Shown piece after piece: positions 24,440-59,500 of a DNA stretch of 64,000 nt. Source of the stretch: Chiloscyllium plagiosum (lineage: Eukaryota). The notes under the pieces were generated by a model. That model was given only the letters and a program-made list of their open reading frames with translations, searched no databases and was not told the origin of the DNA. The stretch's first letter is position 1. Every line of letters starts with the position of its first letter. The stretch lies in contig NC_057719.1 of NCBI RefSeq assembly GCF_004010195.1, positions 45,876,782-45,940,781 on the forward strand, given 5' to 3'. Both the position numbers and the translations under genes were made by a program.

Positions 24440-25340
24440 AAGACTTCTGGAAATATCCCATCAGATTAGAAAATGGCAAATGTATTCAAGATTCATTCAA
24501 GAAAGGAGGGAGAAAGAAATCAAGAGATTATAGGTCAGGTAGCATAAAATCTGTCAGAGAGAAAATGCAAGAATCTGTCATTAACGTTAAAGCATGAAAC
24601 TTAGAAATCTTACTGTAAGTCAAAATCAGCATGGTTTTGTGAAAGAGAAAATGTGTTTGACTAATTCGTTAGAGTTATTTAAGGAATTAATAAGCAACAA
24701 GGATAACAGAGAAAATGTCCATGCGGTATTCTTGGATTTCCAAAAGGCACTTGATAAGGTTTCTATCAACATTTGTTACACAAATTAAGGACTGCTGGTG
24801 TATGAAAGCAGACAGTAAGCATAGATGGATCATTTCCAGGTTGGCAAGAGAAAACAAGTGGAGTTCCACAGGGATCAGTGCTGAGGCCTCAACTACTAAT
24901 TTAAGTCGATAGCTTGAATGAAGGGAATAAATATATGGTTGTTAAATTTGTCGATTACTCAAAGATAAGTCCTCGAGTAAGTTGTGAAGAGGATTAAAGT
25001 AGTCTGCAAAGTGATTATTAACAGATTAAGTGACTGGGCAAACATTTGACAGATAAAGTTTAATGTGGGAACATGTAAACTTGTCCATTTTGGCAGGAAC
25101 ATCAAGAAAGCAGCAATTGATTTAAATTAAAAGGGATTACAGAACTCCATGATATAGAAGGATTTGGACGTCCTCTAATGTAAGTCACAAAAATCTAGTT
25201 TGCATGCACAATGCGTGATTAAGTAGGCAAATGAATGCTGTTGCTTATTGCAAGGAGTTTAAAATAGGGATGTTTTGCTATGCATGGCTTTGGTGAGATT
25301 ACATCTGAAGTATTGTGTACAGTTTTGGTCTCCTTAATTC
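24440..25340 (+). mobile_element. Old CR1 RT fragment
   Basis: QHGFVK...LDFQKALDKV. Confidence 0.8.
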
Positions 25341-25574
25341 AAAGCAGTACAATCTCTTCTGAAGGGTAAAATGGAGGACAGAAAGAAGGCCAACCTATAG
25401 AAATAGTTGGATATTAAACATCACTCAGCAGTTGCAGAAAATCTACAGTGAATGTGTGAGTTTAACATAAGGCAGACAGTACGACAGATCTCCCAGCAAC
25501 TACAGTGCTTCTTATAGGCAACTAAGAACTTTAAACCTCAACAATAGTTATTGAGACATCATATGACACAGGAC

Positions 25575-26550
25575 GCTTGCGCTTTCATTATTTTCCTGCT
25601 TTTCCTCCCTCTGTCATCCAGACAGCCCTCGACTGCACCACCTCTATTCCCAGTTCCACTGCTCTACACCCCTCCTCCAAATGCAATAAAGACAGAATTC
25701 TCCTTGTCCTTGCCTACCACCCCACCACTCTCTGCATCCAATGCATCATCCTTAAACTCTTCCACCAACTCCAAATAGACCACATCACCAAGAACATCTT
25801 CCCCTCTCCACCCCTCTTTGCCTTTTGCAAGGACAGTCCTTGGTTTGCGCTAATCTCCCTACCAACTCCACGGAATCACCAGGTACCTTCCCCGCAACCA
25901 GAAAAGATGCAAAACCTGCCGATACACCACCCCTCACCTCCATTCAGGGCCCCAAACAGACCTTTCAGGTGAGATAAAGGTTCACCTGCCTCTCTTCAAC
26001 CTAGTTTACTGCATCAGGTGTTCCCGATGTGGTCTTCTCTACATCGGAGAGACCAAAAGTAAACTTAGGGAACGGTTCGCCGAGCATCTCAGCCAGGCCT
26101 GCAGGTGCCGACCAGATCTCCCAGTCATCACCTATTTTCCCACTCCCTTTCTGACATGACCATCCTTGGCCTCCTCCATTGCCCCAATGAACCAAACCAC
26201 AAATTGGAGGAACAACACCTCATGTTCTGTTTGAGCCGCCTATAGCCTGGAGGACTCAACATTCAGTTATCCAATTTCAAATAACCTCCCTTTCCATCCC
26301 CTGGCTCCCTTCCCAACATCCCCACCCTTCCACCCTCCCAGTGATTCATTCCTCCCGTTGACCAACCAGGTCGTACCCTCTGCCCATCTTCACCTATCCC
26401 GACTTCACCACCCAGTTCCCCCCCGACGCCCTTTATCTGCAGGTCCCCCTACACCCACCCCCCAGTCCTGAAGAAGGGTTACACACGAAATATCGACTTC
26501 TCCACCTCCTGATGCTGCCTGGCTTGCTGTGTCCTTCCAGTCTCCTGACT
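25575..26550 (+). mobile_element. Penelope-like element, 3' part
   Basis: GIY-YIG peptide LVYCIRCSRCGLLYIGETKSKLRERFAEH at ~26001-26087, C-rich tail, hammerhead motif 26464-26498. Confidence 0.85.
26464..26498 (+). ncRNA. Minimal type I hammerhead ribozyme motif
   Basis: AGUC-CUGAAGA-A-GGGU-UAC-ACAC-GAAA-U-AUC-GACU; one mismatch in stem II. Confidence 0.65.
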
Positions 26551-26752
26551 GTCTACACTGTTTCATTATTAACAGCAGTACAAACAAGATACAGTTCATG
26601 GACTCAGCCATACCACCTCCAGCCACTAGAGGCTATACGGTTTGGAGGTAAGATATCTGTGTGGTCATATTTTCGTGCCCGAGAAGAGGCTCGTTGTCAA
26701 ATGCGGCTGAAAGCTTCTCCCCGTCCGGCGGTGCTTGGTGCTGAGCGTCAAC

Positions 26753-50079
<23,327 letters not shown>

Positions 50080-50468
50080 AATAACCCACCTTTTTAATCT
50101 TAATTGTACAGTTTAAAAGGGTTTAAAAGCATACAAACCTTAAAAGGGAGAGGAATATGTCGGTGGCTCTATACTGTAATTCATTACAAGTGTATGTTAA
50201 TATGCTGCAGACTGTAGGTGACCACTAACTTTCATGTTCTGCTGCATTATATACGTACTGACTTTTTCTAAGGCCACGGTTTGGCTGCTAGAAAAAATAT
50301 TCTGTTGAAAATAATTTTAAAAAGCAAATGTTAGCACAGAGACAGGTCTGTCTTAACAGTGTAATGCATTCTCTTGTATACAAATGACACTTAAAGCCTT
50401 TGTGGTGTGACGGTCAAAATACAGATTTATAGGTTTTTGATGAATTTGATTCATTTTCCCCAGGCCTC

Positions 50469-50474
50469 AATAAA
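50469..50474 (+). terminator. Candidate PSMC6 polyadenylation signal
   Basis: AATAAA about 390 nt after the stop codon. Confidence 0.55.
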
Positions 50475-51792
50475 ATTTAAATTTACAAGAATTTGACCAG
50501 CTATTTGTTGAATACTTATGTAACACTTACAGATCTCCTGTGGCATTTTCATGGTGAATCAGAAGTTTTGAAAAAGTGTATTTTATTATCATTAACCAAG
50601 GACATTGATTTATCAACATTAGAAACAGACCTCTGGGAACAGGATCTAGGATATGGTATGGCAGGGTGGAGAATTAGACATGGTGCTACAGAATTTCTGA
50701 GATGTGCTCGTAGAAGTACTTAGACCACTTGCCCTTTAGTGTACTGTTTATATGTTAATCAACTTGTATAATATTTAATAGAAATAAGTTTCCAAAAGAA
50801 ATATAAAAGATTCTCACTTCATAATTACTCAGTTTCTAGGCTTTTGTACAGAAAGATTTCATTTCGCCTCATCACTTATTCTGAAGAGAATGTGTTTTAG
50901 CTGAATATGTGTAAGCAAAATAGAAATGAGTAACTATGAAAGAAAGATAAACAATTCTTTTCTGTGAATAAAGAAATTATGATCATAAGTGATAGTGATC
51001 ATAGGTGTTTTCTCTTTGCACAGTTTTTAAATATACAACAGCATTAAATAAATATAATCAGTTGTATGAAATTAAACTTTGACAATTAAATTTCTGTTAC
51101 ATTGAAGTCTTAGACACCAGCAAATTTTCATAGGGTGAGAGGGCTTGTCCTTCTACCTGTCAGCATTTGCTGATGCACACCTTTTGCAGTCAGAGACTCA
51201 GTAAAGTGTATAAATTCAAAATGCACACAATCAAAAGATCTGACTAATTGTTGAGGATGAAAAATGTCAGTAATGCTCAGGTCTTTACGATTGGTGAAGC
51301 TTTGAAGTAAAAGTTTATTTTTCAAAAACATTAAAAAGTCATTCAATAAGTATTATCATAGATTTTCTTTAAAGCTTTTTGTAAATCTTAATTCAAAATA
51401 TCTAATTCAATGTGTTTGAACCATATTTCCCAATAGAAATACTTTATTTTAATTATACCTGATATGAAAGATAAAAATTGGCACAAACTGGTTGTATGAA
51501 CATATGAAATAGGAATGGAATTCAGTTCTTCGAGCCTGTTCCAGAATTCAGTGAGATTATGCTTCATTTGTTTTGAATTCTCCATTTCCATTAACTTCTG
51601 AAAACCTTAGATTCTAGTTAGGCAAAGGAATCAATTTCTTAAAATTATTTAATGACACAGTCTCACTGCTTTCTGAGGTACAGAACTCCAAAGTGTCTCA
51701 GCCCTCTAAGAGCATTTCTTCTCTGCTCTGCTCTTAAGAGGTAACCCCTAATTTTTAAACATTGCTCTTTAATCCTTTGCTGACCATAAGAG

Positions 51793-52656
51793 AAAGTGAG
51801 GACTGCAGATGCTGGAGATCAGAGCTGAAAAATGTGTTGCTGGAAAAGCGCAGCAGGTCAGGCAGCATCCAAGGAGCAGGAGAATCGACGTTTCGGCCAT
51901 AAGCCCTTCTTCAGGAATGAGGAGGGTGTACCAAGCAGGCTAAGATAAAAGGTAGGGAGGAGGGACTTGGGGGAGGGACGTTGGGAATGCGATAGGTGGA
52001 AGGAGGTTAAGGTGAGGGTGATAGGCCGGAGAGGGGGTCAGGGTGGAGAGGTCGGGAAGAAGATTGCAAGTCAAGAAGGTCGTGCTGAGTCCGAGGGTTG
52101 GGACTGAGACAAGGTGAGGGGAGGGAAAATGAGGAAGCTGGAGAAATCTGCATTCATCCCTTGTGGTTGGAGGGTTCCTAAGTGGAAGATGAGGTGCTCT
52201 TCCTCCAGGCGTCATGTTGGCCTCCTCCATCGCCAGAGCATGGCAAGGACCTGCATGTCCTTGGCGGAGTGGGAGGGGGAGTTGAAGCCACGAGGTGGTT
52301 GGGTTGGTTGGTGCGGGTGTCCAAGAGGTGTTCTCTGAAACGTTCTGCAAGTAGACGGCCTGTCTCCCCAATATAGAGGAGGCCACCGGGTGCAGCGGAT
52401 GCAGTAAATGATGTGTGTGGAGGTGCAGGTGAATTTGTGGTGGATATGGAAGGATCCCTTGGGGCCTTGGAGGTAAGTAAGGGGGGACGTGTGGGCGCAA
52501 GTTTTGCATTTCTTGCGGTTGCAGGGGAAGGTGCCGGGAGTGGAGATTGGGTTGGTGGGGGATGTTGACCTGAGGAGGGAGTCGCGGAGGGAGTGGTCTT
52601 TCCAGAATGCTGATAGGGGAGGGGAGGGAAATATATCCTTAATGGTGGGGTCTGTT
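51793..52656 (-). mobile_element. Penelope-like element, 5'-truncated
   Basis: GLLYIGETGRLLAERFREHL; TSD TGACCATAAGAG at 51781 and 52657; hammerhead motif ~51882-51919. Confidence 0.88.
51882..51919 (-). ncRNA. Minimal type I hammerhead ribozyme motif
   Basis: AUUC-CUGAAGA-A-GGGC-UUAU-GGCC-GAAA-C-GUC-GAUU; one mismatch in each of stems I and II. Confidence 0.6.
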
Positions 52657-52674
52657 TGACCATAAGAGGAAATA

Positions 52675-53387
52675 GGAGAAAGTGTATACTGCAGATGCTG
52701 GAGATGAGAGTGAAGAGTGTGGTGCTGGAAAAGTACAGCAGGTCAAGCAGCAACCGAGGAGCAGGAGAATCTATGTTTCAGGCAAAAGCCCTTCATCAGG
52801 AATGAGGCTTGTGAGCCAGGAGTGTGGACACACAAATGGGAGGGGGGTTGGGACTGGGGGGGAACGTAGCTGAGAATGTGATTGGTTGATGAAGGTGTGG
52901 GTAATGGTGATAGGTCGGAGAGGAGGGTGGAGTGGATAGGTGGGAAGGAAGGTGGACTGGTCATTAGGACGGTGCCAAGTTGGAAGGTTGGATCTGGGAT
53001 AAGATGGGGGGAGGGGAAATTACGAAACTGGTGAAATCCACATTGATCCCATGTGGTTGGAGGATCCCAATGTCCATCGCCAAACCCTAACCACCCAAAG
53101 CCTGGATGAAGAATGCCTCATCTTCTGCCTTGGGACCCTCCAACCACACGGGACCAATGTGAATTTCACCAGTTTTCTCATTTCCCCTCCCCGCTCCCTA
53201 CCCCACCCTATCCCAGATCCAACCTTCCAACTTGGCACCGCCCTCATAACCTGTCCTACCTGTACATATTCCTTCCTATCTATCTGCTCCATCCTCTGAC
53301 CTATCACCATTAACCCCACCTTCATCTACTTAACACACTCTCAGCTACCTTCCCCCTCCCCTCCCCTCCCATTTATCTCTCCACATG
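52675..53387 (-). mobile_element. Penelope-like element with inverted segment
   Basis: Same terminus family as the neighbour; TSD TAAGAGGAAATA at 52663 and 53388; internal inverted repeat. Confidence 0.85.
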
Positions 53388-54737
53388 TAAGAGGAAATAC
53401 CCTTGTTCACCTTGTCAAGACCATTTGATACATTTCAATACAACTCTTATTCTAAATTCCAGTGGGAAGAAGCCTACCTATCAAACATATCTAAGACAAC
53501 TCACTCATTCCATGAACATCCTGTTTTATGTTTGATTATTCTTGTCAATAAAGGCAACCAACCTGTTAGTCACCTTGATTATATGCTGTACCTGCATCCT
53601 AACCTTTCACAACTCATGCAGTTGAACACTAAATCCATTTGCACCTTTGAATTCCATAGTCAATTTAAGTAGTAATTTGGCCTAATAACTGTTTTTAGTT
53701 TTCAACTTCCAAATATTCTATGGAAAGCTAACAAATAGGATTACAAGATTCAGTGAATGTTGAATATTGTGTAACAATGCTTCTAGGAATGCAACGTAAG
53801 GTAAGTTACAATCTCCATATTTCAGCGAAATTGTCTTTTGTTTGTGTCATTAAATATATTTTTAGGAAAACATTGTTACTTGCTTTCCAAAAGAAACACA
53901 TTAAAATGTTTATTAAGCTGCTAATTTTGTATATTTTAAAAGTAATCATGACTGTTCAGATAAATAGCTGTAAGAATTGATCTAATTGGTTTATGTAAGC
54001 CTGATCATAATTCCCCATTAAAATGATTTGAAATGCACTTAGTTTTTTTTGTTTATCTCAAAGGGCATTAATGACTTGTTAGGAGTCTGTTTTTGTGGAT
54101 TCTGATGCTACAGAGACTAGACCATGATTCACTACAAAACTACTGCAGGTCTGCTATTGAAATCAGCCATTCGCAGTATCCTTATTTAATGCAAATCTAT
54201 ATCTCTGATGGATGGTTATTGTTTACCAGATAAGTCACTAGGATATTTGGGCTTTTTCTTAATCCATCTTTGTGCCCAGGCTTATCACACTTAACTGCTG
54301 CCCAATCTGAAATGGGGTAATTTCTCACACAGGATGAAGCTTTTGAGCCTTCCTAACCTGAGAGTCAATTGCTATTGTGTTAATCCCCAAAATCATTGAG
54401 GAAATGAGCAGTACTATTTCAAACTTTCAATAGCAAGTTTCTATGGTAATTTTAATTTAGAATATTACTATCAGAAGTTAGCAACTTTTTAAATTGATGT
54501 CATAATTGTCGTAAGCATATACGATATAGCACAAATCATGACCAGTATCAACACAGTTGTTTTTCAACCTTGGCTGAATTGTTGAATTTATGATTTCTAA
54601 ATTAACTGAGTAATACGATGAGCCTCAATGATAGTATATGATCAATTTTTAATTATCTCCATATAATACTTACACTTACAATACACTGAAACAGGTTGTT
54701 TTTCTAGAAAACAAAGTATGATGTTATACGAACATTG

Positions 54738-54923
54738 GGGAGAAAGTGAGGTCTGCAGATGCTGGAGATCAAAGTTGAAACTTTATTGCTGGAACAGCAC
54801 AGCAGGTCAGGCAGCATCCAGGGAACAGGAGATTCGATGTTTCGGGCACAGGGGAAGGGCCTGTGCCCGAAATGTCGAATCTCCTGTTCCCTGGATGCTG
54901 CCTGACCTGCTGTGCTGTTCCAA
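54738..54923. mobile_element. Fold-back Penelope-terminus mini-element
   Basis: Inverted arms; perfect 15-bp TSD GTTATACGAACATTG at 54723 and 54924. Confidence 0.88.
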
Positions 54924-56029
54924 GTTATACGAACATTGTAAATTTTGTTTAAAAATCTCAGTTTGGTACCCTATTCTTCTATTTTTAATTTCTAAATTGT
55001 GCAGCCATATTGTTAGTAATTTTTAAAAAGTCTGCTATTCACTTGTGGGACTTAAAAAGGCCTGCTGGCACTCACTTTTAATCATACAAGAAGTGACAAC
55101 TAAGCCTGATTTTGTCCCTCACTGCAAACCAGCAATTTTTCAGCACTTGGCTCTAAGCAACAGTCAACAGAATGGACTATAACAAATTTTCACATTCTGA
55201 GCACACCAATTTACTGAAGCAATTTATAACACTATTTTCTCCGCTGGCTGCATCACTTGATAGGTTTTTCTGCTGCTCCAATCAGGCTCTTTGGTACAAT
55301 GCTCATCATATTCTGATGGACCTTCAATTGAGATTGTAAATCTTAGCAGCATAACTATCTTATATTGTTACTGTGATGCTAGAAGTTGTTTTACAATAAG
55401 TTTATAATAAATAGCAGAAATTATAATTTGGTGTTTGGCCTGGCATCAGCATGAGGACAGCAGCAGACAGAGGTGGTCTGATTGACTGGAGGAAAGTACT
55501 AAAAGCTTGTGCATTCAATGGTGGGGGTGGGGTGGGAGTATGATGTCTGTGGGGGAGTTGATGAGACAGGAAGAGGCATTGAATAGATGGTGAGTGCTGA
55601 GTGGAGTCTGGGTCAGAGAGTTCAACAGATGAATGGGCCATTGAGGGGGTTCGGTTGGGTTAGCAAGTGGCTGTAACGGAATTCTGAGGGTCAGTGGGTG
55701 GAAGGTTCCAGTGAATGGGTTGAGAGATGGTTCTGAGGATTAGTGAGGGTGATAAACGTCCTTATGTAGTTGGTGAGATGTTGTATGGAGGGGCTAGTGT
55801 CCATGAGAGCTGCTGGGGTTGGAGGGAGCTGTTGTTGAGAGTGCCTCGAGAAGGTTGGGTTGGCCATGGGGCTGGGGAAGAGGGGTTTCGGTGGGGATGC
55901 AGAGGCTAACTGGTGTTGGTGAGGAGTCGATGGGGAGGGAGTTTGATGTTGTCAGCGAGAGGAGTGGATGGGGGTTAAGGTCAGTGTCGGTAATGACGGG
56001 TTGGTTTTTGCCATTGCGGATGAGGAGGG

Positions 56030-56560
56030 GGGCAATGAGCGAGATCCAAGGGTCCGGGGGGTGGTGGGGGGGAAGAAGCGGTGAATGAGGTACTCTACCT
56101 GGAGCCTGCCGATTGGCCGCGGCGTGAGGCGTGATGACGTTGTGTTGATGTTGGTCTCCAGCAGCATGGCGGCGCGTGAGCTCCAGCATACGTAACAGAA
56201 AGAGCGAGAATATCTGACGGGGGTTGGGGGGGGAAATTAACGGCCGTTACCGCCCCCCCCGATCGATAGAGCGAGAGATGGATGGAGTACACCTAGAATT
56301 CCCGGCTTTACCGTCTTCCAGGGAAGACGCGGGGGTGGGTAAACGTAAACCCGGTGCTGAGTTTCGGCCTAAAGTTGTGAACAAAGCCGGCTCTGATCTT
56401 GCAGGGGACGGGAACGGGGACGGGGGGCAGGAGGAGGAGGTGAGCCTGACCCGGGGAAGGTGAGTGGAGGCCGGCTCCCAGGCACTGTTAGCGGGGTCCA
56501 GGCACTGGGCGAGCCGCCGTTTGGCTTCCATAGTGTGAGACGGCAGCTTACCGCAGAGTA
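56030..56560 (+). promoter_or_regulatory. STYX CpG island / promoter
   Basis: CpG-rich; inverted CCAAT (GATTGG near 56111), CRE half-site TGACGT near 56135, YY1-like CATGGCGGC near 56165. Confidence 0.75.
56278..56334 (+). CDS. STYX: STYX coding exon 1
   Basis: MDGVHLEFPALPSSREDAG, donor GGG|GTGGGT. Confidence 0.88.
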
Positions 56561-59500
56561 TTTATTGCTTTGTTTTCACTCGTGTGTCTCAGGAGTAGCC
56601 GTGAAGTTTACTGAACTGTTCAGGCTCTTTTGTTTTTGTCTCGTGTGGCGATTCAGCTTCTTTTTAGGGAACAGTATTTATTTAATCTTGGCCGTGCTTG
56701 CCCCTATTTGACAAGTCAGCAACACGTGGGATTGAGGAACAAACCCAACTCCACTTAAACTTCAACAAAACATATTCAAAAGCGTTCAGGAAACGTTTTT
56801 GCTCTTTTTTTAAAAAAAAGACACGGATTAAAACTATTTATTAACCTCATGGTAAAATATCATAAGCTTTGAGCTAAAGAAGAAAAGGGAAGCTTGATGG
56901 TTGTGTAACCTGTGATCGTTCTTCCTGCTTGAGGCATGGGGAAGGCCTTCTGGCTGTTGGACTTAGCTGGAGCCTGAGCAAGAGTGAAAAAAGCTAGTAA
57001 AGGTATTCAGACATTCCTTACCAATGTAAGGTATGGTTACCTGTGTTTGGCGTTGGACATACCCAGGAATAAATCTCAAACAGGTACAATATTCTTAAAC
57101 TTTGGTTTCAGTTCCTTTTAAACATTGAAAATTACTTGGAGCAAAGAAGCGCATAACATGGATTTGACAAATTCCCGCCGAGCGGATTTGTTGAAAAAAT
57201 AAGAATTCCTAGCCCCTCATTTGCTCCAATAGCTATAGTATTTATTTGCCTGGTCCAGTTAAATTTCTGGTCAGTGATAATCCACTAGGATAGTGAAAGA
57301 TTTCGCGATGGTAATATTGCTAGACATCAGTGCGAGGTGGTTAGCTTTGATCTTGTTGAGGATGGCCCATTACCTGGCACTTGATGTGAATGTTAATGCC
57401 ATTTATCAATGTAAATCTGGATGTTGATCATGTCTTCATGAGGGCTATTGAACTTCTTAAGTATTGTTGAGGCTGCATTTTAAGAGGCACCATGACAGAG
57501 TTAATAGAAGTGACCTACTTCTCTTTCAAAGAGACTAATGACCAGTAGCATACATGTTGGATAAAGGGGAGATGAGAAACATTATTGTCAGGGGATGATG
57601 GACGTCTTGAACTGCCCAAAAGACTGATAGAGGCAGAATATCTCATCATCTTTAAAATTAATGCTTGGATATGCACTTGAATGTGGAAAGAGGGGTTAGG
57701 TTGAGTAGCATTTCTTTGGCCAGGACAGACCCAATAGGTTTCTTGCTGTAAATTTTCCTTTTAAGTGTAAAACATTAATTGGTAAAAGATGAAGTGGGCC
57801 CAGTAGGAAAAAACAAAGTTTAGAAAACATGCGAAATAGGTGGAGAGAGACAGAGGCTACAAAGAGATGCAGGTAAGTTAAGTTGTGGGCACACATCTGG
57901 CAAATAATATATGGGAAATGTGGAATTAAGGCAGAAGTGGATAGGTTCTTAATAACCAAAGGGCTGAAAGATTATTGGGGCTAGGTAGAAATATGGAGTA
58001 CAGTAATCAGATCAGCCATAATCTAAGTGAATGACAGAGCAGGCCTGAGGAGCTGCATGACCTATTCCTGTTCCTAGTTCTTGAATTCTTCATAAATAGA
58101 ATTAGTTTTCAGATACGTGGCCTTTTCATTAAAATCAGTTCTGACCGATCATTGATCTAAAATATTAAACTCTTTCTCTCTCTGTAGATTCTGACCAATT
58201 ATCTTGTTTTATGTATTTTTATTTCAGATTTACAGTTTTTTATACATTTAAATTAACCAAAAATACATTCATTGATTGTCAGAGAATCTCTTGCATTGAA
58301 TATTTAGGAGAATTTGATAGACAAAGCCAAAATTAGGAAATTCAAAATATAATTGGATCATAGGCTGGAAGAGTTGAGATTTTCAAGAAATTTTTTTTAA
58401 TGGACCACATTGGGGAATTTTGTTTTCCTTTCTATTGTGATTAAACTCAATGCGTCCTTTTTATAACAGAGTACTTTTTTATTTCAGGACTTCATTTTTG
58501 GAGATCATTAACAATTAATTCCTTTCTGCATAATGAGACTGTGTAAATATAATTTTTAAAAGTGTATACACCTTGCACTTCAAAAAAATTAAGTGGACAG
58601 TATTTTAAACTAACTTTTAAATGATAGCTCTGAACCCTCACCCCGACTGATACGGAATTGGGACCTCTGAAAATAATAACCAAGGTTTGACCACATGACT
58701 CTTGTCAACCCATGTCAAAGCAGACCTGTGGTTAAATCGGCTTCTCCTTTTTGAGTTATCTCCTATACTAAATGGTAATCCCTTAGATTTAATTACATTT
58801 GTGTAGCTGCACGGTTATAAACATAGACCTTTACAGATTTCAGCATTGGCTTCCATCTATCATGTCAGTTGATTGCAAAAAAAATTAATCATGATTTGTT
58901 ACTGAAACTCCTATCCTATCCTGTCTATTGAAGTACTGAGCACACTTTGATTATGATTGTGACTCTGGTACATACAGACTGTTTGCTAATTAGAATTGCA
59001 GTTAAAATTATGATAAAGACTTATTTTTGTAACTGCATTTTTAGTTCTTTAGCTGATGTTTGTTTGAAAGTATTACAATTAAACTGCAGTTTTATTTGAA
59101 AGTTGGTAACATTTGGTATTTAACTTTGGGAACTTTCATATTTTTCTTTGTAAGCTTTTTGATTGAAGTTAAAAATATAAAGAGCTGTTGCATTATTATC
59201 AGTGTAGATGCACTTTATTATTTGGCGTTTTCAAAAGTACAAATTGGCATTTCCCTCCAATAGTCATATTCCTTTCAAAGACAATCAACTCTTAACTTTT
59301 AAAAAATGAAATAGTTTTGTGGTCTGTTTGATTCAAGATTATTTCTCAAGGTAACTTGACATTCACGTGTGTGAAATCAGACTAAGCATGGAAGAAAATG
59401 TTTTAGATACAACTGGCAAAATAATCAGGCTGAAATTCAAAATCTGAAATAATGGTCATAAAAATTGGAGTTTTGGAAATAGGAAATAAATGCTGTGGTT

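Noticed and set aside
26597-26750. ARE/NFE2L1-like sites (GGACTCAGC, TGCTGAGCGTCA) in the PSMC6 promoter
   Set aside because: Neither fits TGA(C/G)nnnGC exactly; too weak without conservation data.
55727-56711. Several ORFs on both strands near STYX
   Set aside because: GC-rich low-complexity sequence with no recognisable protein apart from STYX exon 1.
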